A DNA stretch of 64,000 nucleotides from Octopus sinensis (lineage: Eukaryota). The stretch is taken from assembly GCF_006345805.1 (NCBI RefSeq), contig NC_042998.1, positions 57,970,001 through 58,034,000 on the forward strand. The letters are read 5' to 3'. How positions within the stretch are numbered: position 1 is the first letter of the stretch; every line of letters begins with the position of its first letter. A program made the translations under genes and the position numbers. Below the pieces are notes generated by a model, which had not been told where the DNA came from, made no database searches, and saw only the letters and a list, made by a program, of their open reading frames with translations. Below are positions 37,330 through 48,064 of the stretch, piece by piece.

Positions 37330-37750
37330 AAATTGATAATATATTTGAAATGAATATTTATCGTTTCTGCTGGTTGAAGAAAAGCTATGCATCTAGCTGC
37401 TCTGTCATAGAAGTCAAGCTGATGGAGAAACCTCATAGAAGTATTCCTACTCATTTGGAGTTACACTACATCTCAGCAATCTCACCACGAACGTTTTCAA
37501 CAATCCACTTGACAGGTACACCTGTCAGTGAACCAGGTGTACCTGATCCGGATGCAGTTGACTCTTTTTCTTTGCTGGTTAATTATGCAATCCAATCACT
37601 ATGTTGATTATGGGCAGAGAAATCTCAAGATCTCAAGCATATTTTCCCCTGGCTAAGTCCACCTACAGAGTGATCCACAACAGTTCGCTTTGAAAATCAG
37701 ACAACCTTTGTTGCTTCTGGTATTTATGGCATAGTTAGTTGCTATAAACG
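37330..37750 (-). mobile_element. Highly degenerate Tc1-like transposase N-terminus
   Basis: LSDFQ, GLSQGKI, SGSGTPGSLT, and SRNTSMRFLHQLDFYDRAAR (ORF 37245..37454) resemble the Tc1 paired/HTH region. Confidence 0.45.
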
Positions 37751-38181
37751 ATTAATTTGCTGTAATCTTAAGTGAAAAATAATAATACATTAATAAGTTG
37801 GCAGTAACAGACAGCTTCCACACAAATGAAACGATATAATGAGTTGCGTCAGTCTACTTTTGAAATGTCAGCAGACGTTGATATCTGCAAATAATCACAT
37901 GTAACATTGTGTGTTCACCGCTGTATTTCATTAATTAAGGTCCGTCTGCACGCTAGTCTTTATTAATGGACATTTGCTTAAACATGCACTGCATATAAAA
38001 ATATATACATTTATAAATCAAAATCAGCTAGTATATCTCTTAACAGTAAAGCAATCATATACAAAAACCACTTAAAAACCTGCTTATTGAACCATACATA
38101 ATGACTACCACTATTACAGAGCAAGTATGAATTTTATAAAACTTTATTTAGAATGAGTTTAAGAATAGTATCATGGTAATA

Positions 38182-38222
<41 letters not shown>

Positions 38223-38461
38223 ACACACACAAACACACACATATATATGTATGTATGACTGTATGTACATAAGTACATATGTTATCTATATTGTATATAG
38301 TATATATATATATATACATATACACACATGCATATACATACATGCATATACATACATGCATACATTCATATATATATATATACATTATATACATATGGTG
38401 TAATATACTATATAAAGATAGATATAAATATATATGTGTGCGTATGTATGTATGCACTATG

Positions 38462-38510
<49 letters not shown>

Positions 38511-38689
38511 TGAGCGTGTTTGTTTGAGCGTGTGTATGTATGTATTGCGCTTGCCCACCGTACCAAAACTAATATTTGTAAACAAAATCATCTCACGCGT
38601 CTACACATGTATTCGTATGTATGTATGTATGTATGTATGTATGTATGTATGTATGCATGTATGTATGTATGTATGTATGTATGTAATTA

Positions 38690-38835
38690 GACGGCCAACT
38701 GGGGCGCGGCTGGAAGAATTTTTAGTCGAATGAATCGATTCCAGATATTTTTTTGTTATTCTTTCGGCCACTTTTGTCGAACCACTAAGTTAGGGGGATG
38801 TAAATACTGGTTGTCAAGCAGAATGAACAGACACA
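38690..38835 (-). mobile_element. Partial old family B SINE
   Basis: TTTAGTCGAA..ATCGA, GTCGAACCACTAAGTTA, GGTTGTCAAGC segments. Confidence 0.55.
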
Positions 38836-38964
38836 CTCACCCACACGCACATACACACACGCACATATTTTAGATATGAGGAGTTTAGGTCAAGGTAACC
38901 CAAACGAATAGGTACGCGTTCTGGGTGCTCTAATGCGTATCCTACCAAAATTCCAGTTAGAACA

Positions 38965-39195
38965 GCAGCGGCAGTTGTGGCTGTATTTCAAAGGGCCAGC
39001 CTTGTCACACTCTGTGTCAGGCTGAATCTCCTCGAGAACTACATTAAAGGTACCCGTGTCTGTGGAGTGCTCAGCCACATGCCTTTCCCTTCGATAACAT
39101 CGGTGGCGTGGAGAGGGGAGGCTGGTATGCATGGACGACTGCTGGTCTTCCATAAACAAACTTGCCCAGGCTTGTTCCTCGGAGAGTAACTTCTT
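38965..39195 (+). mobile_element. Internal/3' fragment of a GC-richer SINE-like repeat (probably family C)
   Basis: GC-rich non-coding island. I recall it as an octopus repeat; not verified. Confidence 0.4.
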
Positions 39196-39285
39196 TCCAT
39201 AGCGAAGCTACTTGGTAAAATTTGTTAATTAATAAATTAAAATAATAATTCTTTAACCTATATCTATAATATATTTATATATATA

Positions 39286-39713
39286 CTAGCAGCATAGCTC
39301 GGCGTTGCCCGGGTGTGTAAGAGCCCCTAGTAGGCAACGTCTAATCCCAATCTAGTCCTTTCCCTCTAGGGAACGAAGACGCATGTGTAGGTTGCAATGT
39401 CTTCTCTTCACTCGAATACTTCTGTGTATACGATGTTCCTAGCTGTCCCTAGCTGTTGAGTTGTGTCCCCTAGACAGAAAATGTGTTGCATATAAAAAGC
39501 TTAGATTCTCGACCCCATGTCGAATTTATCGATTTTTTTAGAACTGGGGGAACTTTTCAAAATTTTCGCTGAGTTAGTTTTGAATTATGACATTGGGCTA
39601 TATGTGTGTCAAGTTTCATCAGAATCGGTTGAAAGCCGTGGTCAGGGTGAGGGTACAACCTGACAGACACACAGACATACAGACAGACAAACTGCCGTTT
39701 ATATATAGAGAGA
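39286..39713 (-). mobile_element. Non-autonomous Helitron-like element, 428 bp
   Basis: Minus strand starts A|TC (39713), has a (TGTC)n tract near the 5' end, a GC hairpin CCCGG-GCAACG-CCGAG about 9 nt before terminal CTAG|T (39286), and no TSD. Confidence 0.75.
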
Positions 39714-40445
39714 TAGTTTCTTCAGTAACTAGAAGGAGGATTTGGTATTAATCTCTACTTTGTGCAAGTATCGTTTCAACCCATCCTGCTACTGTTCATT
39801 ATAGGTGAGACTCCGTTCAGCATGTTGTCTTGCATCAATTTTGCCGTCTGGGTTTCAGCAAATACATCCATACGTAAAGCTGTGTCTCACTAAAGATCCG
39901 GAGTTTTCGCTGCCATGTTGTTGTACGTTTGTCTGGTTATGGAATGAAACATCGCTACCATTTTCAATTGCTATTATCTTTCTTCAATGAGTTGCAAACA
40001 CTTGCAAATATAAACAAATAATTGCTGATAAAAAAAAATTGTAGGGAGGTGGCTAATGGATGGACAGGGATAGACTGAGGTGTGAGACAGAAGAATGGTA
40101 CTAGAAGAAGGAAGGGTGATATATGCAAACTGTAATGTTTAGGGGGCGAAAGGTCGTTTAGCTAGCTAGCTAGATTAGGATGTGTATACACACTCTCGCT
40201 CGTGCATGCCCTCACAGTCATTCTCGGTCGTAGTTCGTATAACTTATGGTTGGAAGGTAACCTTAAGAGCAATTTGTCGTCATGCTCACTCTGTGGAGTT
40301 CCTAAACAGATCCAACGGTAATATACTCCGACTGCGGATGATACGAGGTAGTCCAAACTGTGCGAGTGCTCGACTCAACACCTCAACACACTAATCCACA
40401 TATTCCCGTTAGTCCAAGCTATTAAATGTATATATCACTATTTAC

Positions 40446-40655
40446 ACTTTTACTCTTTTATTTGTTTCAGTCATTTGACTGTGGCCATACTGGACCACCG
40501 CCTTTAGTCGAGAAAATTGACCCCAGGACTTGTTCTTTGTAAGCCTAGTAATTATTCTATCGGTCTCTTTTTGCCGAACCGCTAAGTGACGGAGAAGTAA
40601 ACACACCAACATCGGTTGTCAAGAGATGTTGGGGGGGACAAACACAGTCACACAT

Positions 40656-40709
<54 letters not shown>

Positions 40710-40871
40710 GATGGGATTCTTTCAGTTTCCGCCTACCAAATCCACTCACAAGGCTTTGGTCGGCCCGAGACTATAGTAGAAGACACTCTCCCAAGGTGCT
40801 ACGCATTGGGACTGAACCCGAAACCATGTGGTTGGTAAGCAAGCTACTTACCATAAAACCACTCCTACACC
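40446..40871 (-). mobile_element. Full-length family B SINE
   Basis: Complete architecture on the minus strand. Confidence 0.9.
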
Positions 40872-40887
40872 TATATATATATGTATG

Positions 40888-40924
<37 letters not shown>

Positions 40925-40937
<13 letters not shown>

Positions 40938-41657
40938 TAAGGGTAGAAATTGATATTTATCAATTAAGACCAGTGGTCTAGCATATTAAAAAAGAATCCA
41001 AAGATTAAAATATTTATATATATATTTATATATATTTATATATAATTTATATATTTGAGAACATAATCTTTTGTGGTGAATGGCGATTTGACGTCTATAT
41101 CTAGCATGTTGACTGTCCACTTTTCGTGTTCAGTCCTTAATTGGTATATATAAATATTTTAATCTTCGGATTCTTTTTTAATATGCTAGACCACTGGTCT
41201 TAATTGATAAATATCAATTTCTACCCTTAATTAATTTTATATAAATAAATATGTTCTCTAACCGATAAATTAACTGCTGCTAATATTAGCTGTAGGCTAG
41301 TTTCTCGGGTTCCAACGCGCCAAAGTAAAGGCATTTGAAAGATATATTCAAATGTAATAGGCTGAACTCCATGCACGCGATATTTCGGTATCGTGTTTGC
41401 ATCTAGTCCAGCAAATTACATTTATAACGGACCATGCTGATGATGGCTGCAGTTTTCCTTGCGGAAAATAACAGCTGAAACTAATTTAGTACATGGGTAA
41501 TTATTTTATTTCGTATATTTTTCACTTGTTTATTGCTATGGTTTTGTGTTGAGTTTGATCTGAGAACATAATCTTTTGTGGTGAATGGCGATTTGACGTC
41601 TATATCTAGCATGTTGACTGTCCACTTTTCGTGTTCAGTCCTTAATTGGTATATATA
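40925..41657 (+). mobile_element. Retrozyme-like/non-autonomous Penelope-type unit: inverted arm + 97-bp terminal direct repeats around one hammerhead
   Basis: 41056-41152 is identical to 41561-41657 (period 505); about 40925-41021 is the reverse complement of about 41145-41243. Confidence 0.7.
41432..41496 (+). ncRNA. Type I hammerhead ribozyme motif, intact core
   Basis: ccatg CTGATGA t ggctg..ttttcc-ttgc-ggaaaa..cagct GAAA cta-att-tag TA catgg: 5-bp stem I, 3-bp stem III, predicted cut after A41491. Confidence 0.78.
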
Positions 41658-41669
41658 TATATATATATG

Positions 41670-41700
<31 letters not shown>

Positions 41701-42319
41701 GACACATAATATTGAACGATGGAAATGAATACTCAACACCGCATTCGTGGATATAATTTCTTTGACTGTGAATTAAGGCTACTATTAGTTTCATGATAAG
41801 AAAATTAGGAAAGTATCCTAGTGTCTTAGCAATTCTTCAAACCAATCACATGGAAGAAGGTGTTTGCATCCATTTTGGAAAACACAGCCTCGCATGTTTC
41901 ACGGAGATTCTTGTGAATTTACCTGAATAAAACAATGAATCAATGAGTCAAGGGACATTATTCTTGGGTGGCGTCTTTTCGATTATTGTCACTCTCGGAT
42001 TTGTCTTTTGGACAAATTGTTGCGCTGTCAATTTGTTTGCATTATTTTGTTTTTGTTCTGGGCATGATGTTCTACTTGTCTGCTGAGGTAGTTCATCATT
42101 GGAGGATATTTCTTCTGTGAGTGGATTTTGTGTGCTATGTGTGTTCAGATTTCGCGTTTATGAAATGCTGGTGGAATTACAGTTGCAAATAGTGGCTCTT
42201 CTTCGAAATATTTGAGTGTAAAATTACTTGTGAATGCAAAGAGAGATGGTTTAATCGCTAATGTTTAGGATGTTATCTGTTGGTTGAATAATGTTTAATT
42301 TTTCAGTACTACAAAGTTC

Positions 42320-42455
42320 GCATTTGGACACTGATAAAATAAGTATTAGGCTAAAAACAGAACACCTGCGGTTGATTTGTTCGACTAAAACACTTCAAAG
42401 CTGTGCTCCAACATGGTTGCAGTCAAATGATTGAAACAAGTAAAAGAATAAAGAA
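42320..42455 (+). mobile_element. 3' fragment of family B SINE
   Basis: GATAAAATAAGTATTAGGCT...TTCGACTAAA...GTGCTCCAACATGG...GAAACAAGTAAAAG. Confidence 0.75.
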
Positions 42456-42505
42456 GATGTAAAAATCAAAGTATCCTCTTCTGCAGGACACAAGATAAGA
42501 AAACG

Positions 42506-42550
42506 TGTGTTCTGATGACGTCTATTGAGACAGAAACACGAATGTAAAAC
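42506..42550 (+). ncRNA. Type I hammerhead-like motif
   Basis: gtgtt CTGATGA c gtct-attg-agac a GAAA ca-cgaa-tg TA aaac; stem I is weak. Confidence 0.55.
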
Positions 42551-43210
42551 TTCCCTTTCGTTCCCAGATCATCAAAATGACTTCTCCCCAATAGCATATC
42601 GGTTCTCGCCAAATACCTGGTTCTTGACATGATCTCCGCCTGTTATCTGCTGTTCGACGTAATGGCCACTATACGATTGTTCTACCTTCTCTGAAAGTGG
42701 AACATTCTCCTATAAATCCAGAAGTTACCGTGTATATTATTTAATATGCCCTTATTTATTTTTGTTGTTCTAACACATACCACTCGGCACTCCAAGATAT
42801 TGCCTTCAGCCCAATTTCGTTTCGCTATATTTGTCTCTTTGATTTTGTACATTCACACTCTAAAATATATACTTTTAGATTTACACACACGTACACATGC
42901 AGACACACATGCACACATATACACACATATGCAAACATCCACAAAGACGCTAGTGATTCCAAAAACAAGCTGATTCACTTTTCCAATTTATATAATCCAA
43001 TGCGACAAGCCATTAATCCTCCCTTACTCATTAAACGCCAAAACTTTTCGCTTAAAATTTACATGACTTGTATAAAATTACCATTCTTTTACTTACCACA
43101 AATGTCTTTATCATCTGGGCGAAACTCTAGTAGCGTTTAATTTCACATAATAAACATACTTATCTATTGTAACCCAAGTATTCAGTATTATATCGGATAA
43201 TATTTGCGTT

Positions 43211-43613
43211 CGCAGGCGTGGCTGTGTGGTAAGAAGCTTGCTTCTCAACTGCATGGTTCCGGGTTCAGTCCCACTGCGTGACAACTTGGACATTACTCTT
43301 CTGCTATAGCCTCGGGCCGACCAAGGCCTTGTGAGTGCATTTGTTAGACGGAAACTGAAAGAAGCCTATCGTGTATATATATATATATATATGCATGCAT
43401 GTGTGTGTGTCTGTGCATGTGTTTATCCCCTCAACATCGCTTGACAGCTGATGTTGGTATATTTACGTTCCCGTAACTTAGCGGTTAGGCAAAAGAGACT
43501 GATAGAATAAGTACTAGGCTTACAAAGAATAAGTCCTCGGGTCGATTTTTTCGATTAAAGGCGGTGCACCAGAGTGGCCGCAGTCAAATAACTGAAACAA
43601 ATAAAAGAATAAA
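43211..43613 (+). mobile_element. Full-length family B SINE
   Basis: GTGGCTGTGTGGTAAG, GGGTTCAGTCCC, complete 3' module. Confidence 0.92.
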
Positions 43614-43943
43614 ATGTTTTGCAAATATAATAGCATGTATGTATACACATATACAAGCACGCGCTCATACACATATAGATGCAGATTTATATACACACAG
43701 TCCTCTATCTTGTAAACGCATAATGAAAATGTATTCTGTAATAAGTAGAGTTTAATGTGAGACTGTTTTGATTATAACTCAACACACACACACATACACA
43801 TACACACACACGTATGCATGTGTGTTTGTATGTATTTTTGTATGTATCTTTGCATGCATAATTCAAGGAGAGTAACAAGTAGAAAAATAGACAGATACAT
43901 AGATACATACATATATATATAATGTGTGTGTGTGTGTCTGTGT

Positions 43944-43944
<1 letters not shown>

Positions 43945-43988
<44 letters not shown>

Positions 43989-44063
43989 GTCTTTCTGTCT
44001 CTCTGTCTCTCTGTCTCTGTCTCTCTGTCTCTGTCTCTCTGTCTCTGTCTCTGTCTCTCTCTG

Positions 44064-44112
<49 letters not shown>
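43945..44112. repeat. (CT)n/(CTGTCT)n microsatellite
   Basis: Directly visible. Confidence 0.96.
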
Positions 44113-44113
<1 letters not shown>

Positions 44114-44697
44114 CATACATCGCTGTTTCGGTCTTGGAGAACTAACTGAGTGGTGGTGGGTCATATATTTTTGAAGTGTGATGCGAAGAGTTATTTCGGA
44201 AGTGTAATCAATATTAGTGTTAACACAACTATTCACTGAGATAGAAATGGAAAAAAACAAAACAAAACAAAACAAAACACAAAAAAAAGTCAAACAAGGA
44301 AAAAAAATTGTTGTGATCTTTCTAAGTCAATTACTCTGTAAAATATATGTTTCCAATTCAGGCATAAAAATTTATTCACAACATTCCAAACACTCTCTCT
44401 TTCACAGACAAGCACGCACGCGCATATATACAACACACACACACACACATACACATTGTTAATAGCTTGATTTATAGTTTTGTTTAGATATATATTTGTG
44501 TAAAAGATTTCACTTCAAATGCTCAGGATATAGGACTTAATACATATACAATATATTCAAAGAGAAATTTTATGACCTCTAAACTAGCACAACTCCACAA
44601 TATAAGAAACAGCTCTGTCCACTCATAAAAAAAAAAGTTCAGCGAACACAAACTATAACTTCAGGTCTACCATATAGACATCATTCAATCAGGCTTA

Positions 44698-44790
44698 TTT
44701 TTTTTACTTGTTTCATTCATTTGACTGCGGCCATACTGTAACACCGCCTTTAGTCGAAGACATCGACCCCGGGACTTATTCTTATATAAA
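44698..44790 (-). mobile_element. 3' fragment of family B SINE
   Basis: TTTACTTGTTTCATTCATTTGACTGCGGCCAT...CCGCCTTTAGTCGA. Confidence 0.75.
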
Positions 44791-44933
44791 CATATATAAA
44801 CACACACATATATATATATATGTATATATCTCTGCTTGCTCATATATAGAAGGGTGCTGATAAGGAAACCCACACTGATTCTCACTCAGAATGATGGGTG
44901 GTTGAAAACATCACCTCTACTACAGACTCTCCC

Positions 44934-44964
<31 letters not shown>

Positions 44965-44965
44965 G

Positions 44966-44998
<33 letters not shown>

Positions 44999-45010
44999 TA
45001 TATATATATG

Positions 45011-45088
45011 ATAATAAGGGTTTTTTGCAACAAGTTTCTTAAACCACATATGTGGTTTAAGCAACTTGTTGCAAAAAACCATTATTAT
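45011..45088. repeat. Spacer-less palindrome of about 78 bp
   Basis: 45019-45080 pairs 30/31 about CAT|ATG (45049/45050), and extends 7 more bp after one mismatch. Confidence 0.9.
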
Positions 45089-45241
45089 TATAATTATATA
45101 AATTTTTATCGAATATGTTCCTTTTCCATACCGAAATACTACTAGGTGAAATTTGTTAATTTTATTAAATTAATTATATTTCACACTATACCTGTATTGA
45201 CTATATATATATATATATATATATATAGATAGATAGATACA

Positions 45242-45273
<32 letters not shown>

Positions 45274-45289
45274 CATATATATATATATA

Positions 45290-45420
45290 GTTCAAGTTTA
45301 CAGAAAAACAAAAACGAAGACAAATTTAGGAACAACAACCAAGTGTATTAGTTAACGCACGGGAAAAATGGAAAAGTTTTTTACGTTTCAAGTGTACGCT
45401 CTTCGACAGAAAATGAAAAA
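45290..45420 (-). mobile_element. Penelope-type terminal-repeat family X copy
   Basis: Hammerhead variant CTGTCGA...GAAA cg TA on the minus strand, 45378-45413; stem II damaged. Confidence 0.6.
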
Positions 45421-45454
45421 ATCTTGTTGACTTCAGTGACCCAACATGGCGAAT

Positions 45455-45699
<245 letters not shown>

Positions 45700-45700
<1 letters not shown>

Positions 45701-45870
45701 GTGGAAATTTACAAAAAAAAAAAGACGAAGACAGGTGTGTAAACAACAAACATGTGTATTAGTTTAACATTTGGGAAGGTGAGAAAGTCTTTTACGTTTC
45801 GAGCCTACGCTCTTCAACAGAAAGGAACACGAGAAAATAAACAAGGAGTGAATTAAAAAGCTTTAGTGGC
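45700..45870 (-). mobile_element. Penelope-type terminal-repeat family X copy
   Basis: cttt CTGTTGA a gagc-gtag-gctc GAAA cg TA aaag on the minus strand, 45789-45824. Confidence 0.7.
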
Positions 45871-45877
45871 TAGTGGT

Positions 45878-45967
<90 letters not shown>

Positions 45968-47299
45968 CTGTATATCCACTGGCAGCTGTGGATATATATA
46001 GATTCTGCTTACTCTCTGTGGTAGTGTTGATGTTTTCAATCACCATCTATCGTTCTCAGGATTGGTCTGTTGATTCCCGTATCAGCATCATTATATATAT
46101 TGGTACACACACGCATATATATTTATTTGCAATTTTCTATGTGTATATTCTATATGTGTGTTAATAGTGATGTAACATCTATTATACAACTAACAAGATT
46201 ATGAAACGGCTGTAACCTCACTTCTCTTATCAGTGATGCATACAAGCACTCGTGTGGCTTTGACGCACAGTTAAATTTATATTATCAAGATACAAAACAA
46301 AATACATTTCGTTTACGTAAATATTGAGTACGTGAAACGACCACATTACAGACACCGACAACGTGAATCGACAGCGCTAGGAGCAGTGTATACAGCCCTT
46401 CCCCGCGCCTCCAAACAACATCTAAAATCATACAGATATGATAATTTGATTGAGAAAGGAACATTGATGCCAATACTAAGTGTAATACACAACAGCCCTC
46501 CAAGTATTCAAGTGAGCGAGTCAAAAGACATCCAGGGGCGGAGGTAAAAATTAAACTTCCACAATTCCTGTACTTCACAGAAATACATAATAGACGATGC
46601 ACATTTCTTCTTTGTAAAAGCCTGGTACATTGGCGAGAAATCGGCTCATGTGCAAAAATAAATTTATTCGCCCACTTACCATAAATTTGGCAGCATGAAA
46701 TATGGCAGAGCACACGTTTCTACTCTTAAAATTAGGTATAGATAACGTAGCGTGTCGCTTTGTCGCTTCACTTAGATATTTCAAATTTTCATGTCATGGA
46801 AATAAGCTATTCATAATAATATATTAATGCAAAATATATAGGTGATACTGCTGGTGTACAGAAACCAATGAAAATCAGAAAAGATTTTCAAGTTCCATTT
46901 AACGCATAAAGGTATTTGCAGTACAAATCGAATTCATTCACATGCACATTTCAGATCAGTCTATCTAATATTATGAAAACGGGCCTGCTACTGCTGTTGT
47001 ATAAAGTTCGAAAAACAAGCTTAAGTCATTTATGTGCATGTAATAGATAATTTCATAAGTGAATGTTGAAGTCGTATATAATACATTACGCCATGCACCG
47101 AGAAAAACTGGCATTTTGTGGAGTGCGTGTGTGTGTATGCGTGCGTGTGTGTACATGCGTGGGCGGGTGTGTTTGCATGTATATATGCATTATGTTTGTG
47201 CGAATGTATATAGGTATAAGCATATGATTATATATATACGTATGTGTATGTATATATGATGTGCATATAATATCTCCCCCTCTCCTTATATATATATAT

Positions 47300-47521
47300 A
47301 CTCTTTTACTTGTTTCAGTCATGTGACCATGCTGGAGCACCGCCTTTAGTCGAGAAGATCGACTCCAGGACTTATTCTTTGTAAGCCTAGTAATTATTCT
47401 ATCGGTCTCTTTTGCCGAACCGCTAAGTTACGAGGACGTAAACACACTAGCATCGGTTGTCAAGCGATGTTTGGGTGACAAACACAGACACACAAACATA
47501 TACACACACATACATACATAA

Positions 47522-47611
<90 letters not shown>

Positions 47612-47753
47612 GTTGCCCAAATCCACTCACAAGGCTTTGGTCGGCCCGAGGCTACAGTAGAAGACACTTGACCAAGGTGCCACACAGTTGGACGGAACCC
47701 GGAATCATGTGGTTCGTAAGCAAGCTACTTACCACACAGCCACTCCTATGCCT
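47300..47753 (-). mobile_element. Family B SINE with small internal deletion next to the microsatellite
   Basis: Both modules present; the GAAACTGAAAGAAGCCCGTCG segment is missing at about 47610. Confidence 0.88.
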
Positions 47754-48030
47754 ATGTATGATCAGGCGATGCACTTCATCGAGAAACGAGACCAGGCACG
47801 TCGTCCTCCACGAGAAGTGATTAATAAACTATGAAACGGTCCGTCGCGAGACTACTTTACTCACCTATCGATTGTACATCAAGAATGCTTTTACATTCTT
47901 ATTTAACTCACAGTAAAATTTCAAAATGTATAAATTTATCTAGGTCCTTTCTACTTACGCTCGCTGTATTGCTTTATACACACACACACGTATACATATA
48001 CATATGTATATACATACATACGTATTTATG

Positions 48031-48064
<34 letters not shown>

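Noticed and set aside
37513-37548. 12-bp inverted repeat CAGGTACACCTG...CAGGTGTACCTG as a regulatory hairpin
   Set aside because: It lies within a decayed Tc1-like coding remnant and has no supporting context.
46285-46784. 142-aa and 69-aa ORFs as host exons
   Set aside because: No recognisable domain, composition or splice context.
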